Under the pieces are notes generated by a model, which saw only the letters and a program-made list of their open reading frames with translations, searched no databases and was not told where the DNA came from. Positions 61,301 to 64,000 of a stretch of 64,000 nt of DNA are shown here, piece by piece (position 1 is the first letter of the stretch; every line of letters starts with the position of its first letter). A program made the position numbers and the translations under genes. Source of the stretch: Squalus acanthias (Eukaryota); contig CM059425.1 of NCBI GenBank assembly GCA_030390025.1, positions 89,776,001 to 89,840,000 of the forward strand, in the 5' to 3' direction.

Positions 61301-62284
61301 TGATGATGGATTGCGAAATGTCTCCGTCAGTTAACTCTTTGTCTAATGTTCATTCACACTCTGGATTCTTGGTTTGACGGTACTAGATTTACTATCCTGA
61401 ATCACAGCTCCTGTGGGATTGCAGAACCCTCTTGCAGATGTTAGTTATAAGCTGTTCCAGCCCAAGGATGGAATTATATCAGAAGAAGGCTGAAGAATGC
61501 TAAAAGGGCGATGTCTTCACATGTAGCTGACAAAACTCTTCATTTGGGTCGCAAAAGTACCACACTGTTGTAAAATTGCTGCAGCGTGCAACAGCACTCA
61601 GTTTTTCTGCCTTTCTCCATCAATAAATCAAACATTCAACAACAGCAACAACAAGCATTTATACAGTGCCTTTACCATAGCAAAATGTCCCAAGGTGCTT
61701 CACAGGAGTGTTCTCAAACAAAATTTGACACCGAGCCACATAAAAGGATATTAGGGCAGATGAAAAGTGGTAGGTTTTAAGGAGTGTCTCAAAGGAGGAA
61801 AGAGAGGTTTAGGGAGGGGATTCCAGAGCTTAGGGCTTTTTACCCAGCAGCAAGTGACAATATAAATGCATACTCATCATTTAAGTTACTGCCGGATTCC
61901 TATTTAGAGTAAATGGGCCTGTGTCCATGCAATTGAGATAGTTGGAGACTTGGATACAGCCTTGTTGCCCATAGCTGCATTAGCCCCTAATAACTGCCCT
62001 GATGCAGTCTCATAAGGGAGCCATACTTTTAATCAATCAGTGCTATGTCAAATCTATGTGATTAGCCTTTAGACGTGATTGTACAGCTGGTTCAATGATT
62101 TTTAATACCATCTATGTGCAACACACTTTGGTGTCGTATGGTTGATGAACTATGAATGATTTGCTGCTTCTGTAAAGGTGGTTTTCATGCATATGCACCA
62201 GGAAGGGCACTGGACTCGTTTAACAGCTATCCTGTGATGCTGGTATTCTGGATGGAAGGGTTCAAATGGGCTCAGGGCCCTTCT

Positions 62285-64000
62285 TAGAAACATAGAAACA
62301 TAGAAAATAGGTGCAGGAGTAGACCATTCGGTCCTTCGAGCCTGCACCGCCATTCAATGCGTTCATGGCTGAACATGCTACCTCAGTACCCCATTCCTGC
62401 TTTCTCGCCATACCCCTTGATCCCCCTAGTTGTGAGTATTATATCTAACTCCCTTTTGAATATATTTAGCGAACTGGCCTCAACAACCTTCTGTGGTAGA
62501 GAATTCCACAGATTCACCACTCTCTTGGTGAAGAAGTTCCTCCTCATCTCAGTCTTAAATGGCTTCCCCTTTATCCTTAGACTGTGACCCCTGGTTTTAG
62601 TTTTCCCTAACATTGGAAACATTCTGCCCGCATCTAATTTGTCTAAACCAGTCAGGATTTTAAACGTCTCTATAAGATCCCCCCTCACTCTTCTGAACTC
62701 CAGAGGATACAAGTTCAGTTGATCCAGTCTTTCTTGATATGTCAGTCTGGCCATCCCAGGAATCAATCTAGTGAACCTTCGTTGCACTCCCTCAATAGCA
62801 AGAATGTCCTTCCTCAAGTTAGGAGACCAAAACTGCACACAATACTCCAGGTGTGGCCTCACCAAGGCCCTGTACAACTGTAGCATCACCTCCCTACTCC
62901 TGTACTCAAATCCCCTTGCTATGAAGGCCATCATGCCATTTGCTTTCTTGACTGCCTGCTGCACTTGCCTTCCCACCTTCAGTGACTGATGTACCATGAC
63001 GCCCAGGTCTCGTTGCACCTCCCCTTTCCCTAATCTGCCACCATTCAGGTAATAGTCTGCCTCCCTATTTTTACCACCAAAGTGGATAACCTCACATTTA
63101 TCCACATTGTACTTCATCTGCCATACATTTGCCCATTCACCCAACCTGTCCAAGTCACTCTGTAGCCTCCTAGCATCCTCCTCATTGTTCACACTGCCTC
63201 CCAATTTAGTGTCATTCGCAAATTTGGAGATATTACAATTAATCCCTTCGTCCAAATCATTAATATATAATGTAAACAGCTGGGGCCCCAGCACCGAACC
63301 CTGCGGTACCCCGCTGGTCACTGCCTGCCATTCTGAAAAGTACCCATTTACTCCTACTCTTTGTTTCCTGTGTGCCAACCAGTTCTCAATCCACGTCAAC
63401 ACATTACCCCCAATCCCATGTGCTTTAACTTTGCACACCAATCTCTTGTGTGGGACCTTGTCGAAGGCCTTCTGAAAGTCCAAATACACCACATCTACTG
63501 GTTCCCCCCCCGTCCACCCTATTGGAAACATCCTCAAAAAATTCCAGAAGATTTGTCAAGCATGATTTCCCTTTCACAAATCCATGCTGACTTGGACCTA
63601 TCATGTCGCCACTTTCCAAATGGTCTGTTATGACATCTTTAATAATTGATTCCATCATTTTACCCACCACCGATGTCAGGCTGACCGGTCTATAATTCCC
63701 TGCTTTCTCCCTCCCTCCTTTTTTAAAAAGAGGGGTTACATTAGCCACCCTCCACTCCTTCGGAACTGATCCAGAGTCTAAGGAATGTTGGAAAATGATC
63801 GTCAATGCATCCACTATTTCCAAGGCCACCTCCTTCAGTACTCTGGGATACAGACCATCAGGCCCTGGGGATTTATCAGCCTTCAGTCCCATCAATTTCC
63901 CCAACACCTTTTCCCGACTGATAAGGATTTCCCTCAGCTCCTCCCTCTTACCAGATCCTTTGATCTCTTTTATTTCCAGAAGGTTGTTTGTGTCCATGTA
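62285..64000 (-). mobile_element. Young CR1 LINE ORF2 (RT), one frameshift near 63510, runs off the window
   Basis: ORFs 63425-63997 and 62383-63537 with the full set of RT motifs; (TTTCTATG)n tail. Confidence 0.95.

Noticed and set aside
59400-62280. Possible exons of a downstream gene
   Set aside because: Only isolated splice-like motifs and L2/SINE remnants; no recognisable peptide.

Overview
Vertebrate genomic DNA, most likely from a cartilaginous fish (shark), judging by the dense CR1, L2, Penelope and DeuSINE (SacSINE1-like) repeats; this assignment is inference. Two host genes lie on the + strand. The first is the last coding exon of JMJD7 (1844-1935). The second is a complete 12-exon isovaleryl-CoA dehydrogenase gene IVD (CDS 28274-56836, 1296 nt, 431 aa, all introns GT-AG, phases checked by hand). 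Most other ORFs in the track are retroelement fragments, antisense shadows or minisatellite artefacts. The most notable observations are: (i) a ~29-copy 25-bp tandem array built from the IVD exon-1 splice donor itself, each unit carrying donor, branch-point-like and YAG motifs; (ii) two near-perfect 100-121 bp-arm palindromes made of Penelope terminal repeats with minimal hammerhead-ribozyme motifs showing covariation, one ~320 bp upstream of the IVD start codon; (iii) a TIR/TSD-bounded Harbinger transposon whose spliced Myb/SANT gene and DDE transposase overlap convergently, plus related MITEs. No database searches were run; all family names come from recognising motifs.
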